This document shows positions 8,622-17,695 of a stretch of 37,556 nucleotides of DNA, in pieces. Both the position numbers and the translations under genes were made by a program. The DNA comes from Nitrospirota bacterium (GTDB lineage: Bacteria > Nitrospirota > Nitrospiria > JACQBW01). The stretch covers positions 1 to 37,556 of the forward strand of contig JACQBY010000146.1 of assembly GCA_016201875.1 (NCBI GenBank), written 5' to 3'. The notes under the pieces were generated by a model, which saw nothing but the letters and a program-made list of their open reading frames with translations, was not told where the DNA came from and did no database searches. Positions within the stretch are counted from its first letter, which is position 1. Each line of letters starts with the position of its first letter.

Positions 8622-9233
8622 ATGGAAAAAACGTTTGATGATGTTGTGGCGTTTCACGGGCATCTCTGCCTGGATATTGCAATGGGGTACCGTATTTCCA
8701 AAGCGGCGGTCCGGGAAATGGGGCCGGAACTTAAAAACATGAAAGAGGTCGTGGCGATGGTAGAAAATGAAACCTGCGCCTCGGACGCCATTCAGGAGTT
8801 TACAGGCTGTACGCTCGGCAAACGAAACCTGATTATGACCGCCGCCGGCAAGCCGGTCTATATCCTTCAAAACACGAAAAGCCAGAACGCCGTCAGGATT
8901 TACTGCCACTACTGGGAGACCTTTGACCCGGATGGTTCCCACAGCGCCAGAAGAAAAACGATGACAGGGTCCGATTCCACTCCGGAGCAGAGAGAGACGT
9001 TTCAAAAGGAACTGGAGCAAAAAATTCAGGATATCTTAACGCTTCCTGAAGAAAAACTGTTTAGAATTAAAAAAATAAAACTCCCCCCCCCGCCGAAGGT
9101 GGGAAAATATAAAGCAAAACCTTGCGGCCAATGCGGAGAGTTTACCCATGAGGGCCGTCTCAAAGAGGTCGAGGGGAAGAAGCTCTGCAGGGGATGCCAG
9201 GAGATATTGCTCGAACGTAAAAAATGGACTTAA
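8622..9233 (+). CDS. FmdE/FwdE-family protein with a C-terminal zinc ribbon
   Basis: GGAGAAG Shine-Dalgarno sequence. VAFHGHLCLDIAMGYR...ENETCASDAIQEFTGCTLGKRNL is the FmdE-domain signature. The C-terminus CGQCGEF...CRGCQE forms a 4-Cys ribbon. Confidence 0.75.
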   Translation: MEKTFDDVVAFHGHLCLDIAMGYRISKAAVREMGPELKNMKEVVAMVENETCASDAIQEFTGCTLGKRNLIMTAAGKPVYILQNTKSQNAVRIYCHYWETFDPDGSHSARRKTMTGSDSTPEQRETFQKELEQKIQDILTLPEEKLFRIKKIKLPPPPKVGKYKAKPCGQCGEFTHEGRLKEVEGKKLCRGCQEILLERKKWT

Positions 9234-9390
9234 GGGTTCACCTCTCTCCGGGGTAAACCGGCTTTACGGAAACCCTTCCATCGGCTATATTTAAATTAAG
9301 AAACCTTCTCGTTCTTTCGACCCCTTTTATTCCCTTTTATCAAGAGGCCAATTTGGTATGTATTGAGAAGAAAGGGGATTTTTATATTGA

Positions 9391-10725
9391 TTGGAAGTTA
9401 TTTTGCGTGAAAAAGATTCAAGCCTCGAAACCAACCTCACTTATGGAATAAAAGACGGGGCGTTTTATTCCATGATGGTGGGAGCGGGAGAAAGTTACCT
9501 CATCCCTTTTGCCTTATTTTTAAAAGCCTCAAGCGCCCAGGTCGGGTATATCGTATCGGTCCCGCAGCTTGCCGGCGCTTTTTTCCAGATCTTGTCAGTT
9601 TATCTCCTCTCCAGTCTCCATACCCGGAAACAGCTGATTTTAACCGGTGTCGGCCTGCAGGCCGTCGCCTGGATCCCCCTGTTATGCCTTCCCCTCCTGA
9701 TCCCGGGAGAGGCGGTCCTTTTTCTGATCCTGGGGGCGTCGCTTTATTTTATTTTCGGAAATCTGGCCAGCCCTCCCTGGAACAGCATGATGGGAGACCT
9801 TGTCCCTTATGGCCAGCGTGGAAATTATTTCGGGCGGAGGACCCGGGTGATGAGTTTGAGCGCATTTACCGGTCTGTGCCTCGCGGGGTTTATCCTGAAC
9901 TATTACCAGCAGACCTCCAATCCGGCCGCCGGATTTGTTTTGATCTTTATCCTGGCCGCGTTATTCAGAGGGGTCTCTTTTTTATTTTTAAAGAAAATGG
10001 ATGAACCTCCCCTCGACTCCTTCAGGGAAAAGTTCTATCTGACCGAATTTTACCGGCAATTTAAAAAGTCCAATTTTTTTCGTTTTGTGATTTATTCCTC
10101 GTTGATTTCATTCTCGGTGCAGGTGTCGGCTCCGTTTTTTGCCGTCTATATGCTCCACGACCTTCATTTTTCGTATCTGCAATATATGTCCGTATCGGGA
10201 ACGGCGGTGCTGAGCCAATACCTGACCTATTTATACTGGGGAAATTTTTCCGACCGTTTTGGGAACCGGATGGTGTTAAAGATCACCGGCTTATTGCTCC
10301 CTGCCCTTCCGATCTTATGGCTTTTTACCACCAATTTTTATTTCATTCTCATGATACAGGTCTTTTCGGGATTTGTTTGGGCGGGGTTCAGCCTGAGCGT
10401 GGCCATTTTTATCTTTGACGCGGTTTCGCCGGAGAAAAGGGCTCCCTGTATTGCGGTTTACAGCACGCTCAACGGATTGGGGATCTTTTTCGGGGCGCTG
10501 ACGGGGGGGCTTTTTGCGAGCCTGTTTCCCTCATCCATTATGCTGTTTCACACGACCTACCACTTAACATCGAATCTCATGTTTCTCTTTTTAATATCGG
10601 GGACCTTAAGGCTCCTGGTGTATCTGACATTCCTCCCCGGAATTCAGGAAGTCCGCGAGGTGGAGGCCTTTTCCTTCCGGCGGGCGTTTTACAAAAACCT
10701 CTGGAGCATGGCTTCTCCCAAATAG
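9391..10725 (+). CDS. MFS-type transporter (about 12 predicted TM segments)
   Basis: 444-aa highly hydrophobic ORF with a repeated 6+6 helix pattern and a GRRTR-like loop (YFGRRTRVM) after TM2. The TTG start is uncertain. Confidence 0.7.
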   Translation: MEVILREKDSSLETNLTYGIKDGAFYSMMVGAGESYLIPFALFLKASSAQVGYIVSVPQLAGAFFQILSVYLLSSLHTRKQLILTGVGLQAVAWIPLLCLPLLIPGEAVLFLILGASLYFIFGNLASPPWNSMMGDLVPYGQRGNYFGRRTRVMSLSAFTGLCLAGFILNYYQQTSNPAAGFVLIFILAALFRGVSFLFLKKMDEPPLDSFREKFYLTEFYRQFKKSNFFRFVIYSSLISFSVQVSAPFFAVYMLHDLHFSYLQYMSVSGTAVLSQYLTYLYWGNFSDRFGNRMVLKITGLLLPALPILWLFTTNFYFILMIQVFSGFVWAGFSLSVAIFIFDAVSPEKRAPCIAVYSTLNGLGIFFGALTGGLFASLFPSSIMLFHTTYHLTSNLMFLFLISGTLRLLVYLTFLPGIQEVREVEAFSFRRAFYKNLWSMASPK

Positions 10726-10746
10726 AAATCCCAATAAAGTTTTTGA

Positions 10747-12072
10747 CTATCCTTTTTCGGGAGGGACTTTTTTCCTCTTTTCTATCCGTTCTTTGATTGT
10801 TTTTTCAAATCCCGATTCGGTCGGAAAATAATAGCGGTTCTGGAGGAGTTCTCCGGGAAGGTAGGTTTGCCCCCCGGCTTTACCGGGACTGGAGTGAGGG
10901 TAGAGATACTCTTTCCCGTATCCCAGCTCTTTCATCAGGCGGGTGGGGGCATTTCGAAGGTGGAGCGGAACAGGGAGGCTCCCCTTTTTTTTAACGGCTT
11001 CGAGCGCATTTTTGTAAGCCATATAAGTCGCATTGCTTTTCGGCGCGACGGCCAGATAAATGACCGCATGACTCAACGGGATCCACCCTTCCGGGAATCC
11101 GACGGTCTGAAAGGCGTCATGCGCGGCGACGGCGACAGCCAGGGCCTGAGGGTCGGCATTGCCGACATCTTCGGAGGCGAAGATGATCATCCGCCTTGCA
11201 ATAAAGAGGGGGTCTTCTCCCGCTTCCAGCATCCGGGCCAGCCAGTAGACCGCGGCGTCGGGATCGCTCCCCCGCATGCTCTTAATAAAGGCAGAAACCG
11301 TATTGTAATGTTCTTCCCCCTCTTTATCGTAAAAGAGAACCCGGGTTTGCGCCGCTTCCAGGACCTCTTTTTCAGTGACCATTTTCTGCCGATGAACCTC
11401 CGGGGCCAGTTTCACGGAGGCTTCAAGGAGGTTTAATCCCCTTCGGGCATCTCCTTCAGCCATTCCGGCGATCTCTCCAAGCACGGCATCTTCGATCCGG
11501 ATGTTTATTTTCCCCAGGCCCCGCTCAGCGTCTTTGAGGGTTCTTTTAAGGATCGCCTCGATGTCATCCGTATCAAGTGGTTTTAAAACAACCACTTGAC
11601 ATCTTGAAAGAAGAGGGGCGTTTACTGAAAAACTCGGATTTTCGGTCGTGGCCCCCAATAAAGCGATCGTCCCATCCTCGACGTGAGGGAGAAAAGCGTC
11701 CTGCTGGCTCCGGTTGAACCGGTGGATTTCATCGACAAAGAGGAGAGTTTTTTGTCCGGTGGCCTGGAGCCTCGATCTGGCTTCTGCCACCATGTCGCGG
11801 ATCTCTTTAACGCCTGAAAGGACCGCGGAAAAAAAGACGAAAGACCAGCCGGTCATTCCGGCAATTAAATGGGCCAGGGTGGTTTTTCCCGATCCCGGAG
11901 GGCCCCAGAGAATAAGTGACGGGGGATGGTCCTTTAACATTTCGGGAGAGAGGATCTTTTCCGGGCCGATCAGATGCTCCTGACCAAAAAAATCGTGAAA
12001 CGTTTTTGGGCGCATCCGCTCGGCCAGAGGCTTGCTTGAAGGTACTGTTTTATTTTGTGAAAAAAGATCCAT
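10747..12072 (-). CDS. rarA: Replication-associated recombination protein A (AAA+ ATPase)
   Basis: LAERMRPKTFHDFFGQEHLIG..., Walker A GPPGSGKTT, Walker B LFVDEIHRFN, GATTENPSF, and a C-terminal MgsA domain (HYNTVSAFIKSMRGSDPDAAVYWLARM). Confidence 0.92.
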   Translation of the reverse strand: MDLFSQNKTVPSSKPLAERMRPKTFHDFFGQEHLIGPEKILSPEMLKDHPPSLILWGPPGSGKTTLAHLIAGMTGWSFVFFSAVLSGVKEIRDMVAEARSRLQATGQKTLLFVDEIHRFNRSQQDAFLPHVEDGTIALLGATTENPSFSVNAPLLSRCQVVVLKPLDTDDIEAILKRTLKDAERGLGKINIRIEDAVLGEIAGMAEGDARRGLNLLEASVKLAPEVHRQKMVTEKEVLEAAQTRVLFYDKEGEEHYNTVSAFIKSMRGSDPDAAVYWLARMLEAGEDPLFIARRMIIFASEDVGNADPQALAVAVAAHDAFQTVGFPEGWIPLSHAVIYLAVAPKSNATYMAYKNALEAVKKKGSLPVPLHLRNAPTRLMKELGYGKEYLYPHSSPGKAGGQTYLPGELLQNRYYFPTESGFEKTIKERIEKRKKVPPEKG

Positions 12073-12109
12073 GAAGCCCCATGAGGGTCAAGAAGAGGGG
12101 AAGTCTCCT

Positions 12110-12994
12110 TTAAGAGAGGCCGGCTTTTTGAATGATTTGAGGCAGCAAATGTTCCGCATTGATCGCCATGAGATGAACCCCATCGCACAGGCCTTTTAAT
12201 TCTTTGATGGTATCGACCGCGATATCGATCCCGAGGTTTAAAGCCTTCTCCTTGCCTGCGGTTTCAAGGGATTGAATAAGGGCCGCCGGAACTTTAATAC
12301 CGGGAATATTTTTGTTCATGTAAGAGGCCATGCCGGCCGATTTAAGGAGAATGATTCCGGCAATGACTTTAACCGGGAACTTCCGGGCATGTCCCATAAA
12401 TTTTTCAAATTGAGCGACATTGTAGATGGCCTGCGTCTGGAAAAACTGAGCTCCAGACAGGACTTTTTTTTCAAATTTAGCGCATTCCAGGTCAAAATTA
12501 TCGGCTTCGGGAGTGGCCGCGGCCCCCGCGAATAAATCGGTGGCGCCGGTCAGGGGGTTCCCGGCCATGTCCTTTCCCGAATTCAAGGCTTTGACGGTTT
12601 CAAGAAGCTGATCGAGTTGAAGGTCAAAGACCGGTCTGGAGTCTTTATGGTCGCCGATATGGGGCGGGTCGCCGGTTAAAGCCAGGAGGTTCCGGATTCC
12701 AAGAATATGGGCGCCCAGCAGATCGGATTGAATCGCCAGCCGGTTTCTGTCGCGGCAGGTGATCTGCATGATCGGGTCTATTCCGGCGTCAATCAATACC
12801 TTTGAAATGGCCAGAGGGCAGGCTCTCATCACCCCGCTCTGATTATCGGTCACATTGACCCCGTCAACCAGCCCGGCCACCCCTCGCGCATTTTTGGCCA
12901 GGGTTTCAATGTCAGTCCCTTTAGGGGGGCCAAATTCAGCGGTGACCACAAACTTTTTACTCTGAAGCGTTTCCCTGAGCCTTTTCATCTTCAT
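12110..12994 (-). CDS. metF: Methylenetetrahydrofolate reductase
   Basis: FVVTAEFGPPKG...VNVTDNQSGVMR...ITCRDRNRLAIQSDLLGA...IRNLLALTGD matches the MTHFR family pattern. Confidence 0.8.
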   Translation of the reverse strand: MKMKRLRETLQSKKFVVTAEFGPPKGTDIETLAKNARGVAGLVDGVNVTDNQSGVMRACPLAISKVLIDAGIDPIMQITCRDRNRLAIQSDLLGAHILGIRNLLALTGDPPHIGDHKDSRPVFDLQLDQLLETVKALNSGKDMAGNPLTGATDLFAGAAATPEADNFDLECAKFEKKVLSGAQFFQTQAIYNVAQFEKFMGHARKFPVKVIAGIILLKSAGMASYMNKNIPGIKVPAALIQSLETAGKEKALNLGIDIAVDTIKELKGLCDGVHLMAINAEHLLPQIIQKAGLS

Positions 12995-13168
12995 TTCTCT
13001 TAAGCGTGTCCATCGGGCAAAAACAGGAGATTTTTGGGGATAATAACATACTTAAAGTAAAATATCCAAATTTTATTGGCGATGCAAGCGTTGTAATTTT
13101 AGCTTGATCGAAGTCGATTTTTTCCTTATTCTTACATAAAAAATTCACTCTGTGGGTCCGGATAAAAA

Positions 13169-13582
13169 TTGGAAAATAACTGTTCGATCTGTCTTCATCT
13201 CAACGCCCCCTCTTCTTTTAAAATCTTCGAGTTTTCTGATTCGATCCTTTACCTGAATGAAGATCAGCTTTTCAGAGGATACGCCATTCTGGAATACAGG
13301 GAGCATGTGAAAGAGCTTTTTGATCTGTCCGGCGAAGCGAGAGGCATTTTAATGGGCCATCTTTGCCAGGCGGCAAAGGCCCTTCAAAAAGTCTTTTCTC
13401 CCGACAAGATGAATTATGAATTGCTGGGAAACAAAGTCCCCCATCTCCACTGGCATATCGTCCCCCGGTTTAAATCAGACCCTGCATGGCCGGAGGCGAT
13501 CTGGCGGCTTTTGCATGAACCCAAAAAGATTTCAGGCAAAGAGGCGGGGGAATTGATCTCCCGGATACAAAGCCGGCTATGA
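13169..13582 (+). CDS. HIT (histidine triad) family protein
   Basis: N-terminal CSICL and the histidine triad PHLHWHIVPR. The TTG start is uncertain. Confidence 0.75.
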   Translation: MENNCSICLHLNAPSSFKIFEFSDSILYLNEDQLFRGYAILEYREHVKELFDLSGEARGILMGHLCQAAKALQKVFSPDKMNYELLGNKVPHLHWHIVPRFKSDPAWPEAIWRLLHEPKKISGKEAGELISRIQSRL

Positions 13583-14223
13583 AAAATTTTAAAGCTGTTT
13601 TTTTTGATCTCGACGGAACCCTGGTCGACTCTTTTAAGGCGATTCAGACCAGCTATAATTTTGCCTTAACCCGAATGGAGAGAGAACAGAAACTCAGCCT
13701 TGAAGAGGTGAAACGGATTGTCGGGGGGGGATTAAGAGAATCCTTTTTCGATCTGGTGGGAGAACCTCAGGCCGACAGGGCGGTGACGCTGTTCCGGACA
13801 AAATATCAGGAAGTTTTTCTGAAAGAGACCTTTCTCCTCCCTTTTGCTTTTCATGCCATTACCACCCTTGCGCAGAAGAAAATGACTCTGGGGGTTATTT
13901 CAAATAAATATGGAGATTTTGCAAGGGCGATTTTAACCGAATTCAAGCTGACGCCCTATCTTTCAACGGTGATCGGCGACGGCGACGGCTTCCCTTTAAA
14001 ACCGGAACCGGCGGTGATGAAGGACTTGATCTCTAAATTCAACCTCCTCCCGGAAGAAATGCTTTATGTGGGAGACGGACCTGTCGATATTGAATTCTGC
14101 AGGGCCAGCGGCGTTCCCGTTTGCGGGGTGGCGACAGGGAATTATTCCCGCTCCGAACTGGCAAAATACGGGCCTGACCGGTTGATCGATTCGCTGAACG
14201 AGCTTCTGGCCGATTTCAAATAA
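13579..14223 (+). CDS. HAD-superfamily hydrolase (phosphoglycolate phosphatase-like)
   Basis: HAD motif I FFDLDGTLVDS, motif II ISNK, motif IV YVGDGPVD. The ATGA overlaps the HIT gene stop. Confidence 0.8.
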   Translation: MKNFKAVFFDLDGTLVDSFKAIQTSYNFALTRMEREQKLSLEEVKRIVGGGLRESFFDLVGEPQADRAVTLFRTKYQEVFLKETFLLPFAFHAITTLAQKKMTLGVISNKYGDFARAILTEFKLTPYLSTVIGDGDGFPLKPEPAVMKDLISKFNLLPEEMLYVGDGPVDIEFCRASGVPVCGVATGNYSRSELAKYGPDRLIDSLNELLADFK

Positions 14224-14248
14224 CCCTCAAATGGAGAGAAGAGCTGTG

Positions 14249-14707
14249 ATGTCGATCAGTGAAAAATTAAAAAAAATGAATATTGTTCTCCCCCCCCCTC
14301 CGGCCCCTGTGGCGGCCTATGTTCCTGCCGTAACAGCAGGAGATCTCGTTTTTGTCAGCGGGATGCTTCCGTTAAGAGACGGAAAATTAATCTATCAGGG
14401 AAAATTGGGGAGGGAGGTGACGATCGAACAGGGAGTCGAATGCGCACGGGTTGCGGTTTTAAATGCCCTGGCCGTTCTCCAGCAACAGATCGGGAATCTT
14501 GACAGGATCAAACAGGTTGTCCGGCTCGGGGGGTTTATTGCCTCGGACGAAGGGTTTAACGGGCAGCCCCAGGTTTTAAACGGCGCTTCGCTACTCATGG
14601 TTGAAATTTTCGAAGAAAAGGGGAAACATGCCCGGGCCGCCGTGGGGGCCGCAGAACTCCCGTTAAACGCTCCTGTCGAAATTGAAATGATTGTCCAGAT
14701 CAGCTAA
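14249..14707 (+). CDS. RidA/YjgF-family protein
   Basis: ...AYVPAVTAGDLVFVSGMLP...R.GGFIAS...ARAAVGAAELPLNAPVEIEMIV is the YjgF/RidA pattern. I prefer the ATG at 14249 over the track's 14231. Confidence 0.75.
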   Translation: MSISEKLKKMNIVLPPPPAPVAAYVPAVTAGDLVFVSGMLPLRDGKLIYQGKLGREVTIEQGVECARVAVLNALAVLQQQIGNLDRIKQVVRLGGFIASDEGFNGQPQVLNGASLLMVEIFEEKGKHARAAVGAAELPLNAPVEIEMIVQIS

Positions 14708-14727
14708 AGAGGCCGGAGAAGGACTTA

Positions 14728-15846
14728 TTATCTGGTCTCGGAGGGGACAGGGGGATTGATCAGGATAGAAGCCCTGCTCCGCCGTTTGATGAGATAATCT
14801 CTCAGTTTGTCCTTTCTTTTTTGCTCAAACAAATGGGTGTAAATCTGGGTCTTGACGATCTCGATCGAAGCCCCCCCAAACTCCGAAGGATGCTCATCAT
14901 AATAAGATTCGATTTCATTGTCCCGGACGAAGATAAAGAAGGTAATCCTCTGGTCGATGAATTTTTTGCTTAAAAGGAGCCGGCCGATCATCCTCTTCAA
15001 GTCATCCCGGGTCAGACCTTCCTGATCGATTAAACGGTTGAGTTTTTCTTCGGATCCTGCCCGGGCTTGAACTTCATCGAGTTTGTCGGCGATCTCCTGG
15101 CCGGTCGGCTGGTCTGTGCCGAATTTTTCGGCATCTTCAAGAAACAGGACCTGGTCAATGGCAAATTGAAGAGGCGAGTCCTGGTTCCGTTCTTCCAGGA
15201 GAGGGAATTCGAGAGCGAACAGGGTCTGAAACCTAAGATCGCTTTGAGTGATGATTTTATGATCGACGACCGCGAGAATTTTATCGATCATCGTTCCTGA
15301 GGCCTGCATGGGGTTTCCGGCCAGGAGGATCAACAGAATGGCCGCGGCCTCCCCATAGACCGGCCATTTCGGCAGATCGGTTCTGACCACGCAGGTTCCC
15401 GCCAGAAGATCGTGAAAGGCTTGTTTCTTTCGTGTAAGAAGGATAAAGAAGAAGCCCAGTCCCAGGGTTAAAAGGGAGATCAAAAAGCCAAAAGTGCGGG
15501 TCATTGCCTCCGCCCAAGAGAGGCTCCCCGGCGAACCGGAGACCACTTTCAGACCCAGAAGCTTTTTCCCCGGAGTCTGCCCCATCAGGTTAAAGTAAAA
15601 AAAATAGATCAAAAAGATCAGCAATCCCGTTAAAATAAAGAGGTTGGTCAGAAGGTAAACCAGATCCCCGGAAGGGAGAGGGAGCTTTAAATCTTCAAGC
15701 GCCTGACCGGCGGCCAGAACTCCCAGGCCGATCATGGCCAGGTCGAGCATCTTAATGATGAAAAGGTCGATCATCAAGGCAATGACCCGTCTCCAGAATC
15801 CGCTATATTGTGGGGTTTGTGGCTGATCCAAAGTATTCAAGCTCAT
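14728..15846 (-). CDS. RDD-family membrane protein fused to a SurA-N/PpiD-like chaperone-type domain
   Basis: The N-terminal GFWRRVIALMIDLFI...AFHDLLAGTCVV (RDD domain with TM helices) is followed by a further hydrophobic segment and then ...IDKILAVVDHKIITQSDL...LIDQEGLTRDDLKRMIGRLLLSKKFID... (SurA N-terminal-like). The start was chosen at ATG 15846 and still overlaps the rsmE 3' end by 44 nt. Confidence 0.6.
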   Translation of the reverse strand: MSLNTLDQPQTPQYSGFWRRVIALMIDLFIIKMLDLAMIGLGVLAAGQALEDLKLPLPSGDLVYLLTNLFILTGLLIFLIYFFYFNLMGQTPGKKLLGLKVVSGSPGSLSWAEAMTRTFGFLISLLTLGLGFFFILLTRKKQAFHDLLAGTCVVRTDLPKWPVYGEAAAILLILLAGNPMQASGTMIDKILAVVDHKIITQSDLRFQTLFALEFPLLEERNQDSPLQFAIDQVLFLEDAEKFGTDQPTGQEIADKLDEVQARAGSEEKLNRLIDQEGLTRDDLKRMIGRLLLSKKFIDQRITFFIFVRDNEIESYYDEHPSEFGGASIEIVKTQIYTHLFEQKRKDKLRDYLIKRRSRASILINPPVPSETR

Positions 15847-16567
15847 CCTGAAGGAGTGTGATGGCCGCCAGGACGGCAGTTTCACTTCTCAGTTTATGCC
15901 TTCCCAGAGAGACAGAACTATATCCCTTTTCACGGGCCATATCAATTTCATTTTGAAGGAGCCCCCCTTCAGGTCCGATGATCAGGGTGACGGGCGAAAC
16001 CGATTGAAGCGGCGGGAGGGTCGCAAGAGCCTGTTTCAGCGGCCGGGTTTCCTTTTCCCAGAAGATAAACCCTATCCCGGTTTCATGATGCCGGATCCAG
16101 GATTTAAAATCGACCGGGGCGTGCAGGCGGGGAGGAGAAAGATGTTCGGACTGCTGGGCGGCTTCCAGAAGAATCTCTTCCCATCGTTTCCGCTGGTGGT
16201 CCCAGCGCCCTTCCTGCGGGTGGATAATCGTCCGTTCCGTGATCAGGGGGACCACTTCGGAGACTCCCAGTTCAGCGGCTTTTTGGAGAATGACCTCCAT
16301 ATTTTTCCGTTTGATTAAAGCCTGGGCTAAAATGAGCGGCAATGTGTCTGATGGGGGATGATCTTCTCTCCGGAGAACCTTTCCTTCAAGCGATTGATCG
16401 GTCATGCCGGTAATGGAAACCTGATAAGAGGTCTTCTCTTCATCCACAAGCTGGATAACATCATCGACTTGATGCCGGAGGGAATTTTTTAAATGGTGGC
16501 ACAGCTTTCCTGAAATGACCAGGCGGTCATCTTTGAGATCGGCTTTCCTGATAAAAAAGATCGGCAT
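15803..16567 (-). CDS. rsmE: 16S rRNA (uracil1498-N3)-methyltransferase
   Basis: MPIFFI..., ...LAQALIKRKNMEVILQKAAELGV..., ...LIIGPEGGL...E......G...VSLG..KLRSETA match the RsmE family pattern. Its position after dnaJ is as in Bacillus. Confidence 0.85.
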   Translation of the reverse strand: MPIFFIRKADLKDDRLVISGKLCHHLKNSLRHQVDDVIQLVDEEKTSYQVSITGMTDQSLEGKVLRREDHPPSDTLPLILAQALIKRKNMEVILQKAAELGVSEVVPLITERTIIHPQEGRWDHQRKRWEEILLEAAQQSEHLSPPRLHAPVDFKSWIRHHETGIGFIFWEKETRPLKQALATLPPLQSVSPVTLIIGPEGGLLQNEIDMAREKGYSSVSLGRHKLRSETAVLAAITLLQDELEYFGSATNPTI

Positions 16568-16588
16568 CGATTCCGCGAGAGGTTGAAT

Positions 16589-17683
16589 TTAGAAAAGGTT
16601 TTTGACTTTATTCAACAGGCCCTCTTTTTCCATCTCGCTCTTTTCGTCGCTGACTTTGGCATACTCTTCCAGGAGTTCTTTCTGCCGGGCGGTTAGTTTA
16701 TGAGGGACATGGATATTGATCCGGACCAGCTGGTTCCCGGCGCCGTGAGCATTCAGATGGGGAACGCCGAGCCCTTTGAGCTCGAATATTTTCCCATGAG
16801 GGGTGCCGGCCGGGATTTTGAGGCTGTGAGTCCCCTTCAGGGTCGGGACGTCGAGTTTGGCTCCCAGCGCGGCCTGGGGGAAAGTAATAAACGTATCGCA
16901 GAGGATATGATTATCGATCCGCTGGAAGAACTCATGTTCTTTAACAGTGAGAAAAACGTAGAGATCGCCCGGAGGGCCGCCGAATTCACCCAGCCCCCCT
17001 TCGCTGTTTAACCTTAAACGGGAGCCGTTTTCCACCCCGGCGGGAATTTTAATCGAAAGGGTTTTTTCACGCTCTTTCTTTGTTTCTCCTTGGCAGGCCG
17101 TGCAATGGGCTGTAATCTTTTTCCCCGCACCCTGGCATCTGGGACAGGTCCGGCTGACGGTAAAGAACCCCTGCTGGGTCCTGATCTGGCCCGCTCCGTG
17201 GCAGGTTTCGCACGGTTTGATGTCGGCGGAGGAACGGGCGCCGGTCCCGGCGCATTTTTCGCAGACCTCCCAGTGGGGGACCTTGATTTTCATCTCAACG
17301 CCGAAAACCGCGTCTTCAAAGGAGATGGTCAGGTTGTAGCGGAGATCATCCCCCTGCCTGGCGCGCTGGCCGCTTCGCCCTCCCGCCCCGAAAAAATCCT
17401 CGAAGATATCGCCGAAGATATCGCTGAATCCGCCGAACCCTCCAGTGCCTGCGCCGGATGCGACCCCTTCATGCCCGTACTGGTTATACAGCTCTCTTTT
17501 GCGGGGGTCGCTCAGCACAGAATAGGCTTCGTTCACCTCTTTAAAGAGCTCTTCTTCTTTTTTATCGCCGGCGTGGCGGTCGGGATGATGCTTCATCGCC
17601 ATCTTCCGGAAGGCTTTTTTTAATTCTTCATCTGAAACGCTTTTGGTTACCCCGAGGACATCGTAATAATCCCGTTTAGCCAC
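16589..17683 (-). CDS. dnaJ: Molecular chaperone DnaJ
   Basis: J domain (DYYDVLGV...HPDR), a G/F-rich linker, and CxxCxGxG zinc-finger repeats (CEKCAGTG, CETCHGAG, CPRCQGAG). Confidence 0.97.
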   Translation of the reverse strand: MAKRDYYDVLGVTKSVSDEELKKAFRKMAMKHHPDRHAGDKKEEELFKEVNEAYSVLSDPRKRELYNQYGHEGVASGAGTGGFGGFSDIFGDIFEDFFGAGGRSGQRARQGDDLRYNLTISFEDAVFGVEMKIKVPHWEVCEKCAGTGARSSADIKPCETCHGAGQIRTQQGFFTVSRTCPRCQGAGKKITAHCTACQGETKKEREKTLSIKIPAGVENGSRLRLNSEGGLGEFGGPPGDLYVFLTVKEHEFFQRIDNHILCDTFITFPQAALGAKLDVPTLKGTHSLKIPAGTPHGKIFELKGLGVPHLNAHGAGNQLVRINIHVPHKLTARQKELLEEYAKVSDEKSEMEKEGLLNKVKNLF

Positions 17684-17695
17684 AAAAATTCTCCG

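Noticed and set aside
9083-9091. Homopolymer tracts: C9 at 9083-9091 (FmdE), C9 at 14290-14298 (ridA) and G8 at 13723-13730 (HAD), as possible phase-variable switches.
   Set aside because: All are in frame within housekeeping-type genes and simply encode PPP or GGG. They are more relevant as potential sequencing-error hotspots than as contingency loci.
9234-9390. Possible structured RNA or riboswitch in the 157-nt gap before the MFS gene (GGGTT...AACCC and CCGG-ggtaaa-CCGG pairings).
   Set aside because: The stems are only 4-5 bp, I recognise no riboswitch core, and there is no U-tract to support a terminator.
11861-11870. A GTCATTCCGG match inside rarA that resembles the arm of the REP-like unit.
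   Set aside because: Only the 10-nt arm matches. There is no partner arm or hairpin, and it lies in conserved coding sequence, so it is coincidental.
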